57,640 nucleotides of DNA, taken from positions 1 to 57,640 of the forward strand of contig CABUWD010000001.1 in assembly GCA_902495155.1 (NCBI GenBank). The letters run 5' to 3'. The translations under genes and the position numbers were made by a program. Numbering within the stretch: the first letter of the stretch is position 1; the number at the start of each line of letters is the position of its first letter. The stretch comes from an uncultured Collinsella sp. GTDB taxonomy: Bacteria; Actinomycetota; Coriobacteriia; Coriobacteriales; Coriobacteriaceae. Under the pieces are notes generated by a model. It did no database searches. It saw only the letters and a program-made list of their open reading frames with translations, and had not been told where the DNA came from. Below are positions 29,863-39,220 of the stretch, piece after piece.

Positions 29863-30306
29863 CTAGAAACCGCTCACATCCGAGCGCTCCCAACTGACGA
29901 CCTGATCGGGAGACACCGTACCCAGCGCCTCGAACTTCCAGGAGCCGCCTGCCTTCAGATGATTGGTATTTGCAAGAGCCGTTCCAACCTGGTTGCCATC
30001 AGCATCATACAGAACATATTCAATCTGAATGTAGCTCTTTTCCTTGTCCGTGTTATTGGTCAGCGTGCCCGTGATCTTATAGGCAAACTGATTGGAGGTG
30101 TCTTCAGCCTCGTCAGCAATGGTATACGGTTCTTGCGGTTCTTTTTGCTCCTCAGCCTGCTGTGTCGCCTCGGCAGGTTTTGCCGAATCGCTCGCAGACG
30201 AATCGGTTGAATTGCCACCCATAGAGCCCACGGCACCGACGATAACCAGCACCACGATGACGCCTAGGACAATCTTGCCGATCGGCTTCTTTCCCTCTTT
30301 TGCCAT
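29863..30306 (-). CDS. Membrane-anchored FxLYD-domain protein
   Basis: N-terminal TM anchor, low-complexity linker, ITGTLTNNT..YVLYDADGNQVG..LKAGGSWKF. Confidence 0.8.
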   Translation of the reverse strand: MAKEGKKPIGKIVLGVIVVLVIVGAVGSMGGNSTDSSASDSAKPAEATQQAEEQKEPQEPYTIADEAEDTSNQFAYKITGTLTNNTDKEKSYIQIEYVLYDADGNQVGTALANTNHLKAGGSWKFEALGTVSPDQVVSWERSDVSGF

Positions 30307-30311
30307 TATTC

Positions 30312-30365
30312 ATCCTTCCTACGATCCGGCTACCGCGCCGGCACACAGCACATCGTAGGAAGGAT
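30312..30365 (-). promoter_or_regulatory. 14-bp leader hairpin covering the FxLYD gene RBS
   Basis: ATCCTTCCTACGAT (30312-30325) and ATCGTAGGAAGGAT (30352-30365) are perfect reverse complements; one arm holds AGGAAGGA just before ATG 30306. Confidence 0.6.
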
Positions 30366-30470
30366 TGAACTTGAATTCATTAGCTGAGAGCTAAGGCTGC
30401 GGTAAACGACCAATGCAGTTATCCAAACGCCGAGCAAACGCACTTTGCGCGACCGTCTGCTGGCAGTGCA

Positions 30471-30824
30471 TCAACCCACCGTGACGGATTCCCCGGTAAA
30501 GGCACTGATCATCAACAGGACAAAGAAAACAAGGTAGCTGGCACTCAGCAGGTACGCAATGATCAGAAAGACGACCCAGCCGACATTGGTTTTACCGTCG
30601 GCACGGCGTTGCTCGCGATTGCGGCAGAGCCAAATCGTCACGCCGATGGCAGTGATAAACAGCACGAGCGCCGCCGCGGCAAGCCCGGCAAGCGCAAACA
30701 TCACGCCAATGCTCACAGCAATAACCGGAAGCAGCAGCAAACCGCACCCGCATCCACCCGGACTATATACGGCAGACTGTCGGCGTCGCCTCATCGCCGC
30801 GCCACCCCCATCATCTTTGAGCAC
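30471..30824 (-). CDS. Hypothetical membrane protein (start may be ATG 30794)
   Basis: Three hydrophobic segments; GTG overlaps the higA stop (TAGTG). Confidence 0.6.
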   Translation of the reverse strand: MLKDDGGGAAMRRRRQSAVYSPGGCGCGLLLLPVIAVSIGVMFALAGLAAAALVLFITAIGVTIWLCRNREQRRADGKTNVGWVVFLIIAYLLSASYLVFFVLLMISAFTGESVTVG

Positions 30825-31165
30825 TACAGTGCGATGGCCTGCTGAACAGGAACGATCTTGCCGAGTTCCGGTTCGATCCGCCTTTTCTCGGCCTCGAGAT
30901 CAAACGCTATCTGGGCGCGCAGCCAATAACCATCCGTCAGGCCAAAGTAGCGGCAAAGGCGAAGGTCGGTATCGGCCGTCACGCGACGTTTTCCCAAGAC
31001 AATCTGCCCGATACGCTGAGCCGGAATCCCAGTCTCTTTCGCAAGGCGATATTGAGAAATGCCCATGGGAACAAGAAACTCCTCTTTGAGAAGCTCGCCA
31101 GGAGTCACCGGCGACAGCAAATCGGGCGCAGTCTCATCACTTGTGATAATCGACGATTTCGACAT
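30824..31165 (-). CDS. higA: HigA family antitoxin (orphan)
   Basis: PVTPGELLKEEFLVPMGISQYRLAK..RRVTADTDLRLCRYFG..YWLRAQ. Confidence 0.9.
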   Translation of the reverse strand: MSKSSIITSDETAPDLLSPVTPGELLKEEFLVPMGISQYRLAKETGIPAQRIGQIVLGKRRVTADTDLRLCRYFGLTDGYWLRAQIAFDLEAEKRRIEPELGKIVPVQQAIAL

Positions 31166-31225
31166 TCCAAGCCATCCCCTGTCTCCACTCAAAACAGACC
31201 CGATAGCGCTCATTACGATACAATC

Positions 31226-31254
31226 ATAGTATCGCCTTACGTTAGTAACGTCAA
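31226..31254 (-). promoter_or_regulatory. sigma70-type higA promoter with overlapping palindrome
   Basis: Minus strand TTGACG-N17-TACTAT; dyad ACGTTA-G-TAACGT at 31239-31251. Confidence 0.7.
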
Positions 31255-31329
31255 ACGTTTCTATAGACTTACATCTCTATTATATCGTACGTTTGTTCGT
31301 GTTTTCTAGAACAAATAGTCCTTCACACC

Positions 31330-32517
31330 TTAGTCAAGCAAAAGCAATCGTTTATAGACATCGAGGCCTTTGAGTAGGATTTCCTCGTCGAAGAGCATGC
31401 TATCGGTATGCAGAGCGCTTGTGGCATAGGCGGGGCAGCCATCCGAATCACTTGGGTTGTCTTGGCCCTCTGGCATACCCGTGCCCAGCAGGAAAAACAC
31501 GCCCGGCAAATGGCGCTGATAGAACGCGAAATCCTCGGCAATTAACAGCGGCTCCTCCATAAGCTGCAGCCCGGGCAAGGCAGGCGCGACGCTGGCAAAT
31601 AGCTCGGGGTCGTTGTCGACCGGCGGATAGCCCTCGGCAAAGTCGAGATCGTACGTGCAGCCCGTTGCAGCGCAGGCATCGTCCAGCACGCGGCGCACGC
31701 CCTCGCGTGCCCGGTCGAACATGTCGTCTGTAAACACACGCAGGCTGCCGGCAACATGGGCCTCCCCCGCCACAGCATTGCAGACGGTGCCTGCCTGCAG
31801 CAGGCCGAACTTGCCAATGCAGGGCTCATCGGCACCCAGCTCATCCATCAGTTCGCGCTCGGCAACCAAGAACTTGGCAGCCGCCAGCGCCGCATCGTGC
31901 GACTCCTCGACCGGAACGCCATAGGTCTTAGCAATATGGATGCTCGTCCCGTGAATATGAATGTGTGTCTCACTCGAACGCGCCAGCAACGGACCGGAGC
32001 AGCTCGCCAACGTGCCGGCGGGCAGATCGGGCCACACATGGAAGCCAAAAATGCGGTCGGCCCCATAGCGCTCGAACACACCGCTCTCGCATACCGTCTT
32101 GGCACCACCGGTCGTTTCCTCGGCCGGCTGGAACACAAAGAGAACATTGCGCCTAATGGCGCCCGGATGCTCGCGAATCGTAAGGTCGACATACGTCGCG
32201 GCGGCAAGCGCCATGGCCATGTGTCCGTCATGTCCGCAAGCGTGCATCTTGCCGGGATGGGTTGAGGCAAAGGCCGCTCCCGTCGCTTCCGCGATGGGCA
32301 GCGCATCCATATCGGCGCGAATCGCCGTGGCATGCGCGGCATCAACGCCGGCGTCGAAGAAAGCACAGACGCAGCTGGGGCACGGATGGGTCACTTCGCA
32401 GGTGAGCGGTGCCAGCACGCCCTCGATATAGGTAATGGTTTGCGGAAGATCGAAATCGAGCTCCGGAATGCGATGGAGATCGCGGCGATAGCGACGGAGT
32501 TCTTGGAGCTCGGTCAT
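31330..32517 (-). CDS. M20D amidohydrolase, probable N-acetyl-diaminopimelate deacetylase
   Basis: RRDLHRIPE, RADMDALP, MHACGHDGH, FQPAEE, AEDFAFY; divergent from the dap/lys operon containing dapH. Confidence 0.75.
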   Translation of the reverse strand: MTELQELRRYRRDLHRIPELDFDLPQTITYIEGVLAPLTCEVTHPCPSCVCAFFDAGVDAAHATAIRADMDALPIAEATGAAFASTHPGKMHACGHDGHMAMALAAATYVDLTIREHPGAIRRNVLFVFQPAEETTGGAKTVCESGVFERYGADRIFGFHVWPDLPAGTLASCSGPLLARSSETHIHIHGTSIHIAKTYGVPVEESHDAALAAAKFLVAERELMDELGADEPCIGKFGLLQAGTVCNAVAGEAHVAGSLRVFTDDMFDRAREGVRRVLDDACAATGCTYDLDFAEGYPPVDNDPELFASVAPALPGLQLMEEPLLIAEDFAFYQRHLPGVFFLLGTGMPEGQDNPSDSDGCPAYATSALHTDSMLFDEEILLKGLDVYKRLLLLD

Positions 32518-32668
32518 AAAGGATCCTTTCATGGGGCATATCCATTCACACAATATTGTGATGCAGAATTGTGACGCCCTTGTTTCTAGCATATCCCTGC
32601 ATTTTTTAAACGTTATATACGAATACTCTTGTTTGGTAAAGTGCAACGTGGTAGGGTCGTTACCACTT

Positions 32669-32825
32669 GATAGAGGCGCGGGCACGAAGAACCGCGGGCG
32701 AGCCGGCAGGCTTTGACCCCGTGGGGAGGCGAAACCCGCCGAACTGGGCTTTTCGGGCACGAACAACCTGGTGGGCCTGTGGGAAACACCCACAGGACTG
32801 TCTGCAGCAATGCGGGAGCGCTATC
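32669..32825 (+). ncRNA. Lysine riboswitch
   Basis: GATAGAGGCGCG..GCCGAA..GGGCCTGTGGG..CCCACAGGACTGTC..GGAGCGCTATC with P1 GATAG/CTATC; directly upstream of lysA. Confidence 0.9.
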
Positions 32826-32896
32826 CGGACATTGGGTCCACGCTATGCGGATTCGATGCGCAGATGGCGCCGTCTGGATAGCGAGGTTTACGGGAC

Positions 32897-35206
32897 ATGG
32901 CATTGACCCCCAACGAGGCATATGCGGCCAAGCAGCCGTTTGTGGACAAGGAGACACTCGAGCATATCGTCGAGCAGTTCCCCACGCCGTTTCATCTATA
33001 CGACGAGGCTGGCATCCGCCGCAACATGCAAGAAGTGCGCGACGCCTTTGCGTGGAACCCAGGCTTTAAGGAATACTTTGCCGTCAAGGCCAACCCCAAC
33101 CCGGCGCTCATCTCCATTCTCAACGAATACGGCTGCGGCTGCGACTGCTCGAGCTATACCGAGCTCATGATCGCCCGCTCGCTGGGTATCACGGGACACG
33201 ACATCATGTTCTCGTCCAACGATACGCCGGCTGCCGACTTTGAGCTCGCCGACAAGCTGGGTGCCATCGTCAACTTTGACGACATCAGCCACATCGAGTT
33301 CTTTGAGCGTGTTGCGGGACCCATCCCCAAAACGGTCAGCTGCCGCTTTAATCCAGGCGGCCTGTTCCAGCTCTCCAACGGCATCATGGACAACCCAGGC
33401 GACTCCAAATATGGCATGACCACCGAGCAGCTCTTCGAGGCCTTCCGCATGCTCAAAGCCAAGGGCGCCGAGGACTTTGGCATCCACGCATTCCTTGCCA
33501 GCAACACCGTCACCAACGACTACTACCCCGAGCTCGCGCGTATCCTCTTTGAGCTTGCCGTACGCCTGGAGCGCGAGACCGGCGCACACGTCGCCTTCAT
33601 CAATCTGTCCGGCGGCGTCGGCATCCCCTACCTGCCCGAGCAGCAGGCCAACGACATTCGCGCCATCGGCGAGGGAGTACACGCGGCATACGACGAGATC
33701 CTGGTTCCCGCCGGCATGGGCGATGTGGCCATCTGCACTGAGATGGGCCGCTTTATGATGGGCCCCTACGGCTGTCTGGTCACCAAGGCTATCCACGAGA
33801 AGCAGATCTACAAGGACTATATCGGTGTCGATGCAAGCGCCGTCGATTTGATTCGCCCTGCCATGTATGGCGCCTACCACCACATTACGGTGATGGGTCA
33901 GCCGGGCGGCGCCGACAAGGCCACGGCGCCCGTCACGAACACCTATGACATCACGGGCAATCTGTGCGAGAACAACGATAAGTTCGCCATCGACCGCGAG
34001 CTGCCGCATATCGACATGGGTGACCTGCTTGTAATCCACGATACCGGTGCGCATGGCTACTCCATGGGCTACAACTACAACGGACGTCTGCGCTCCGCCG
34101 AGGTCCTGCTGCGCCCCGATGGCGCGGCCGACCTCATCCGCCGCGCCGAGCGCCCGGGCGATTACTTTTCCACGCTCGACGTGCTGCCGTGCGGCCGAGA
34201 GCTGCTGGCCAAGTCGCGCGCCGAAAGCGCCCGCCGTCGCGCCCAAGACGAGCGCCTGGCAGTCGCAGCTCAATGGAACAAACGCATCCAGATCGCGGAG
34301 GCGAAGGAGAAGAACATGGACATCCGCAATCTCGAGGGCTCAATCGTCGCCCTGGTTACGCCGTTTAAAAAGGACGGCAGTGTCGACTTTGACGCGCTCG
34401 AGCGCCTTATCGATTTCCACTTGCAAAATAGCACCGACGCCATTCTCACCCTGGGCACCACCGGCGAGAGCGCCACGATGACCGATGACGAGGACAACTC
34501 CGTCGTCGCCGCCGTGGTCAAGCATGTTGCAGGACGCGTCCCCGTCATCGCCGGCTCAGGCTCCAACTCCACGCAGACCATGCTCACCAAGTCGCTTACT
34601 TACCAGGGCTTGGGAGCCGACGGCCTGCTGCTCATTACCCCCTACTACAACAAGTCCAACGAAGAGGGTATCTATCAGCACTTTAAGACCGTCGCCGATG
34701 CCGTTGACATCCCCTGCATCCTGTACAACATCCCCGGCCGCTGCGGCTGCGGTATCAGCGAGCGCAACGTAGAGCGCCTAGCCGCGCACCCCAACATCAT
34801 GGGCATCAAGGAGGCCTCGGGCAACGTCGCCTACGCGGCCAAGATCGCCCACCTGCTGTCCGACGATTTCCGCATGTACTCGGGCGAGGATGCACTCACA
34901 GTGCCGCTCATGAGCCTGGGCGCTTCGGGCACCATCAGCGTGTGGGCCGACGTGCAGCCGCAGCTTGTACACGACATGTGCCGCGCTTATCTGGACGGCG
35001 ACGTAGCGCGCGCCCGCGATATCCAGATTGCCGGCCAGCCGCTCATCAACGCCCTCTTTAGCGAGGTCAACCCCATCCCCGTCAAGGAAGCGCTCGCCCA
35101 GATGGGCATGATCGAGGCAAACTACCGTATGCCGCTGTGCCCCATGGCAGACGACACGCGAGCCGCACTTACCGATGCTCTGAAGGGAGCTGGTCTACTT
35201 GATTAA
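32897..35206 (+). CDS. lysA-dapA: Fused diaminopimelate decarboxylase (LysA)-dihydrodipicolinate synthase (DapA)
   Basis: LysA motifs FAVKAN, EMGR, LCENND, GAHG; DapA motifs GTTGE, YNIPGR, IKEAS, NPIPVK; one uninterrupted frame; internal RBS+ATG at 34316. Confidence 0.9.
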   Translation: MALTPNEAYAAKQPFVDKETLEHIVEQFPTPFHLYDEAGIRRNMQEVRDAFAWNPGFKEYFAVKANPNPALISILNEYGCGCDCSSYTELMIARSLGITGHDIMFSSNDTPAADFELADKLGAIVNFDDISHIEFFERVAGPIPKTVSCRFNPGGLFQLSNGIMDNPGDSKYGMTTEQLFEAFRMLKAKGAEDFGIHAFLASNTVTNDYYPELARILFELAVRLERETGAHVAFINLSGGVGIPYLPEQQANDIRAIGEGVHAAYDEILVPAGMGDVAICTEMGRFMMGPYGCLVTKAIHEKQIYKDYIGVDASAVDLIRPAMYGAYHHITVMGQPGGADKATAPVTNTYDITGNLCENNDKFAIDRELPHIDMGDLLVIHDTGAHGYSMGYNYNGRLRSAEVLLRPDGAADLIRRAERPGDYFSTLDVLPCGRELLAKSRAESARRRAQDERLAVAAQWNKRIQIAEAKEKNMDIRNLEGSIVALVTPFKKDGSVDFDALERLIDFHLQNSTDAILTLGTTGESATMTDDEDNSVVAAVVKHVAGRVPVIAGSGSNSTQTMLTKSLTYQGLGADGLLLITPYYNKSNEEGIYQHFKTVADAVDIPCILYNIPGRCGCGISERNVERLAAHPNIMGIKEASGNVAYAAKIAHLLSDDFRMYSGEDALTVPLMSLGASGTISVWADVQPQLVHDMCRAYLDGDVARARDIQIAGQPLINALFSEVNPIPVKEALAQMGMIEANYRMPLCPMADDTRAALTDALKGAGLLD

Positions 35207-35939
35207 GACCGTCATTATGGGAACGGGCCGCATGGGCTCGCTCATCCGCACTACCGCCGAAGGCATTGTCGACGCCGCCGGGCAGCCCGTTTTTGATATC
35301 GTGGCCCAGATTGGCTTCGATTTGAGCGAGCTCGAGAACGCACCGGCTGCCGACGTCATCATCGACTTCTCGAACGTCGCGACCTTCGACGCCGTCGTCG
35401 CCTATGTCGAGCGCACGGGCGCGGCGTTGGTCTCAGGCACCACAGGCTACACCCCCGAGCAGATGGACCGCCTGCGTGAGCTGGGCCAGAACACCCGCGT
35501 TATGCACTCGGGCAATTACTCCATCGGTATCGCAGCCCTGCGCCATCTGGTAGCGCAGGCTACACGCGAGCTGCCCGGCTTTGACTGCGAAATCGTCGAG
35601 ACGCACCACAACCAAAAGGTCGACGCCCCCAGCGGCACTGCCAAGCTACTGCTCGACGCCGTCGTCGAAGCCGAGCCCGAGGCAGGCTACCACCCCGTCT
35701 ATGGCCGCGAGGGCATGTGCGGAGCACGCGATCCCAAGGAAATCGGTATGCACTCGCTGCGCGGCGGCACCGTCGCCGGCGTGCACGAGGTGAGCTTCTT
35801 TGGCCAGGACGAGGAGGTCACGCTCACCCACCGCGCCACGAGCCGTCAGATCTTTGTCAACGGCGCCTTGGCAGCCGCGCAGAAGCTCGTCACCCGCGAA
35901 CCCGGCTTCTATACGTTCGACAAGGTCATGTTTGCCTAA
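35199..35939 (+). CDS. dapB: 4-hydroxy-tetrahydrodipicolinate reductase
   Basis: GTGRMG, IDFS, SGTTG, ETHHNQKVDAPSGTA. Confidence 0.95.
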   Translation: MIKTVIMGTGRMGSLIRTTAEGIVDAAGQPVFDIVAQIGFDLSELENAPAADVIIDFSNVATFDAVVAYVERTGAALVSGTTGYTPEQMDRLRELGQNTRVMHSGNYSIGIAALRHLVAQATRELPGFDCEIVETHHNQKVDAPSGTAKLLLDAVVEAEPEAGYHPVYGREGMCGARDPKEIGMHSLRGGTVAGVHEVSFFGQDEEVTLTHRATSRQIFVNGALAAAQKLVTREPGFYTFDKVMFA

Positions 35940-35978
35940 CCAGGTATCAACCGAATCCACCCAAAGGAGAGATAGCAA

Positions 35979-36698
35979 ATGAGCAACGCAGCCGAGATGG
36001 ATGCACAGGAGATTATCAACTACATCGCCACCGCGCCCAAAAAGACGCCCGTCAAGCTGTACGTGCGCGAGAAGCCGGGCATGAAGGTTGCCTGGGGCGA
36101 CGCACATGTCTACGGCGGCCGTCGCGGCAAGACCGTCTTTGGCGACTGGGACGAGCTCAAGACCATCCTGGACGCCAATGCCGATTCCATCGATTACTAC
36201 GACGTTGAAAACGATTGCCGCAACTCCGCCGTGCCCATGCTCGACCTTAAGGGCATCAACGCCCGCATCGAGCCGGGCGCGATCATCCGCGACCGCGTCG
36301 AGATTGGCGACCGTGCCGTCATCATGATGGGCGCCATCATCAACATCGGCTCCGTTATCGGCGAGGGTTCCATGATCGATATGGGCGCCGTGCTGGGCGG
36401 CCGCGCCACCGTGGGCAAGAACTGCCATATCGGCGCCGGCACCGTGCTGGCAGGCGTTGTGGAGCCCGCCAGCGCCACGCCCGTCATCATCGAGGACGAT
36501 GTCATGATCGGCGCCAACGCCGTGGTTCTGGAGGGCGTGCACGTAGGCAAGGGCGCTGTCGTTGCCGCCGGCGCCGTGTGCGTCGAGGACGTCCCCGCCG
36601 GTGCCGTCGTGGCCGGTGTCCCCGCCCGCGTCATCAAGATGCGCGACGAGAAGACCGACAGCAAAACCGGCCTGGAAGAGGGCTTACGTCAACTTTAA
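35979..36698 (+). CDS. dapH: Tetrahydrodipicolinate N-acetyltransferase
   Basis: [25 protein letters not shown], hexapeptide repeats, GVVEPASA. Confidence 0.9.
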   Translation: MSNAAEMDAQEIINYIATAPKKTPVKLYVREKPGMKVAWGDAHVYGGRRGKTVFGDWDELKTILDANADSIDYYDVENDCRNSAVPMLDLKGINARIEPGAIIRDRVEIGDRAVIMMGAIINIGSVIGEGSMIDMGAVLGGRATVGKNCHIGAGTVLAGVVEPASATPVIIEDDVMIGANAVVLEGVHVGKGAVVAAGAVCVEDVPAGAVVAGVPARVIKMRDEKTDSKTGLEEGLRQL

Positions 36699-36725
36699 TA
36701 GTTACGCGGTTTTGACAAACCGCGT
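36699..36725. repeat. Structured dispersed repeat, copy 4 (terminal hairpin only; after dapH stop)
   Basis: TAGTTACGCGGTTTTGACAAACCGCGT matches the reverse complement of the terminal hairpin of copies 1/2. Confidence 0.75.
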
Positions 36726-36770
36726 TTTCACTGACGTATGCTCAACCTGCGGGGCAATTCAGCCCCAAGC

Positions 36771-36811
36771 AACAAAGGCCGAAGTCCCGAAGGGCTTCGA
36801 CCTTTGTTTTT
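36771..36811. terminator. Terminator between convergent genes
   Basis: AACAAAGGCCGAAGTCCC-GAA-GGGCTTCGACCTTTGTT TTT. Confidence 0.75.
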
Positions 36812-36830
36812 CAGCAGCGTCCAGCGCAGC

Positions 36831-37844
36831 TTATCGATTCTCAATTGACCCGATATTTTTGAGCTCGATGGAAATGAGGCCGTTGGGCTCGTTGACGAAC
36901 TCAATGTACTCGGAGTTCGAACCCATCTCGGCCGGGAAGCTGATCTCGATACCCGTGTCGGTACGGATCTTGTGATTGCGCACGGCCGCGCGTTCGACCT
37001 GCTTGCGCTCCACGGGCACACGCTCAGGCACCTTCTCCTCGGTCAGTGCCGCGCGCACGCTCTCCTTGATGACCGGCTCGTCCTCAAAGACCTCGTCGAC
37101 GATATCCCAAGGCGGCAGTTCCTCGTCATCCTCGACCTTCTCGGCAACAGCAGCCTTAACCTTGGCGAGCGCTACGGCCGTATTGGCACCGTGCTCCTCG
37201 GCGACTTCCTCGACCACACGCGTCACGGTGTCGATGACCTCCTTGCCCGATACGCCCGTGTCGCACTGCAGCAGGCCATCGGGGATAAGCATACGGTCCT
37301 CGCCGGCGATCTTGCGTTTCTTGTCCACATAGCCGATCTCCATGGTGCTTGCACGCACGATTGCATAGCTCGGCACCTTTTGCGAAGGGTTCGGCAGAAT
37401 GGCGTAGTGGCGCGCAATGTCGTTGCGCACCTCGCCCTCTTCGCGACCTACCTCGTGCATAAAAGCCTGCTTGGAGCCCAGCAGCATCACGGCAAACCAG
37501 CGGGCATCCTCATCGTCATCAAAGTCCGCCACAAGCACGTCAGTGGACTCGGCTTTCTCGGCCTTGGTAAGTTCGGAAGAGATGAACTCCGCAATCTGCT
37601 GAGACAGGTCCACGAACTCACGCTCACCAAAGAAATAGCCCTTGAGCTCGCCGCCGAATGCGGAGTTCTCGGCAAACGTGGCGCGTTTATTGTCGGCCGA
37701 GGTGCGTGCGCGGCGCAGATGCGTGGTCACGAAGTTGCGCACGGTACGGCTCTCGATATCGAGCTCGCGCTGGCTCATGACGTTGACGGCAGAGTCAAAG
37801 TCCAGGATATGCAGAATCGCGTGATTGATTTTCATATACGGCAT
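36831..37844 (-). CDS. Nucleoid-associated protein (NdpA/YejK-like)
   Basis: MKINHAILHILDF N-terminus; C-terminal HKIRTDTGIEISFP..IEFVNEPNGLISIELKNI. Confidence 0.75.
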   Translation of the reverse strand: MPYMKINHAILHILDFDSAVNVMSQRELDIESRTVRNFVTTHLRRARTSADNKRATFAENSAFGGELKGYFFGEREFVDLSQQIAEFISSELTKAEKAESTDVLVADFDDDEDARWFAVMLLGSKQAFMHEVGREEGEVRNDIARHYAILPNPSQKVPSYAIVRASTMEIGYVDKKRKIAGEDRMLIPDGLLQCDTGVSGKEVIDTVTRVVEEVAEEHGANTAVALAKVKAAVAEKVEDDEELPPWDIVDEVFEDEPVIKESVRAALTEEKVPERVPVERKQVERAAVRNHKIRTDTGIEISFPAEMGSNSEYIEFVNEPNGLISIELKNIGSIENR

Positions 37845-37945
37845 TCCGTTCTAGATCGATTTCGGCACGAATCAGTATAGCGGTCGAGCCCGCCCCAGGC
37901 GCTTCGAAGATTGGTGCATCGGGGACAGGTTGCTTGCACCAATGG

Positions 37946-39106
37946 TTAGCGCAGGAGCTCGGACTGCCAAGCCTCGAGCTGTTCTGCCAAACTCTTGCCG
38001 GCAGCGGGCACGTCGATCTGGGGTCGTTTGGGCAGCAGCGCACACTTAAGAATCGCAACGATGGTCTGCGAGACAAAGCGTCGTGTATCCTCGTCAAAGC
38101 CTTGCGCAGCCTGGAGCATCACGGGCAGGCTCTCGCGCAGATTCCCAGCGATATCCGCAAACCGCTCAGCACCCGTAGCCTCAAACACGGAGAACAACGC
38201 ATCTACAAAACGCTCGCGTTCGCTAGGCGACACTGCAAGCAGCATCTCACGAATGGAACCATCAACGTATCGAGCACCGGCAGACAGGCGCTCACAGTAC
38301 ACGAAGTCGTGACCATCAACCACCCAGCTAAAGGGATTGTGCTGCAGCAGGCTGAACTCGGTGCTCTCAACGATGGCATAGTCCTCCTGTGTCTCGAACA
38401 TCATGCCAAAGATCGACGACCGAGGTAGCGTCTTGTCGATTCGACCGGAAAGATCGGCAAAGGCGTTGCCGTTCAGAAACTCCTCGACGAAGCCCGGGCC
38501 ATCATGGGAATACGCCCGTTCGATTCGTTCACGGGCAACATCGGAGCACATCGCTGCACCGTACACCGCAAGGTTTCCACCCTTGGAATGACCCCCGCAC
38601 AAAAGCGGCCCGCCAATCGCATCCGCCGCCTCGTCCACATAACGTGCCGCGGATTCCTGGGCCGGCACAGGACACCGGAACGCCATGTTAAAGTCTTCTT
38701 TCCAGCCCACAATCGTACTATCGGTCCCCCGGAAGGAAAGATAACTAAACCCCGCCGGAAACCGGAACGCCATGGCTGCAAACTGCTCCGTCGCCACCAT
38801 ATCGCTCACAGCACGATAGCCGCAAACGTGCACGCCACGGTAGCGAGGACTTGCTGCCACGGCCTCCAACAAGGCCCTGCTCCCCTCTGGATCCCACAAG
38901 TCGTCAATCATGTCCCGATAGCACTCGGCACGCAGCAGCTCGCGTACGTCTAGGCCCTGCCAGTTCGTCAGCTCCGCCATATCACCCGGCAAACGCAAAT
39001 AGGACAACCACGCAAAGACCAGGCTGTCCACCGCGCAGAACGGCCGCTCCTCAAACGGATCAAACGCCGTCTGAGCATAGGTCAAAAAATTAGGCGAATC
39101 CGACAT
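37946..39106 (-). CDS. DUF2974/Mbeg1-like alpha/beta hydrolase
   Basis: VDSLVFAWLSY, FRGTDSTIVGWKEDFNM, GHSKGGNLA, DGPGF. Confidence 0.85.
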   Translation of the reverse strand: MSDSPNFLTYAQTAFDPFEERPFCAVDSLVFAWLSYLRLPGDMAELTNWQGLDVRELLRAECYRDMIDDLWDPEGSRALLEAVAASPRYRGVHVCGYRAVSDMVATEQFAAMAFRFPAGFSYLSFRGTDSTIVGWKEDFNMAFRCPVPAQESAARYVDEAADAIGGPLLCGGHSKGGNLAVYGAAMCSDVARERIERAYSHDGPGFVEEFLNGNAFADLSGRIDKTLPRSSIFGMMFETQEDYAIVESTEFSLLQHNPFSWVVDGHDFVYCERLSAGARYVDGSIREMLLAVSPSERERFVDALFSVFEATGAERFADIAGNLRESLPVMLQAAQGFDEDTRRFVSQTIVAILKCALLPKRPQIDVPAAGKSLAEQLEAWQSELLR

Positions 39107-39220
39107 GGCCCTCCCATCAACTATGGTGCATTGGAGTCAGGTTACTTTGCACCAAAAAGGCGCCCGGGCCGTGTGGACCCGGACGCCTTCATTGTAGCTT
39201 TTCGCTCTAGCGAGCTTGAT

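Noticed and set aside
31213..31227. ATG ATT GTA TCG TAA (MIVS*) as a higB remnant
   Set aside because: Only four codons and it overlaps the predicted -10; could be chance
32549..32560. Palindrome CACAATATTGTG in the deacetylase/lysA divergent region
   Set aside because: Single 12-bp AT-rich palindrome with no candidate regulator; insufficient support
32518..32793. N-terminal extension of the M20 ORF in the track (likewise extended starts for tnpA, xseA, ldh, the aminotransferase and YfcC)
   Set aside because: Overlaps the riboswitch or intergenic DNA; downstream starts have proper RBSs and family-typical N-termini
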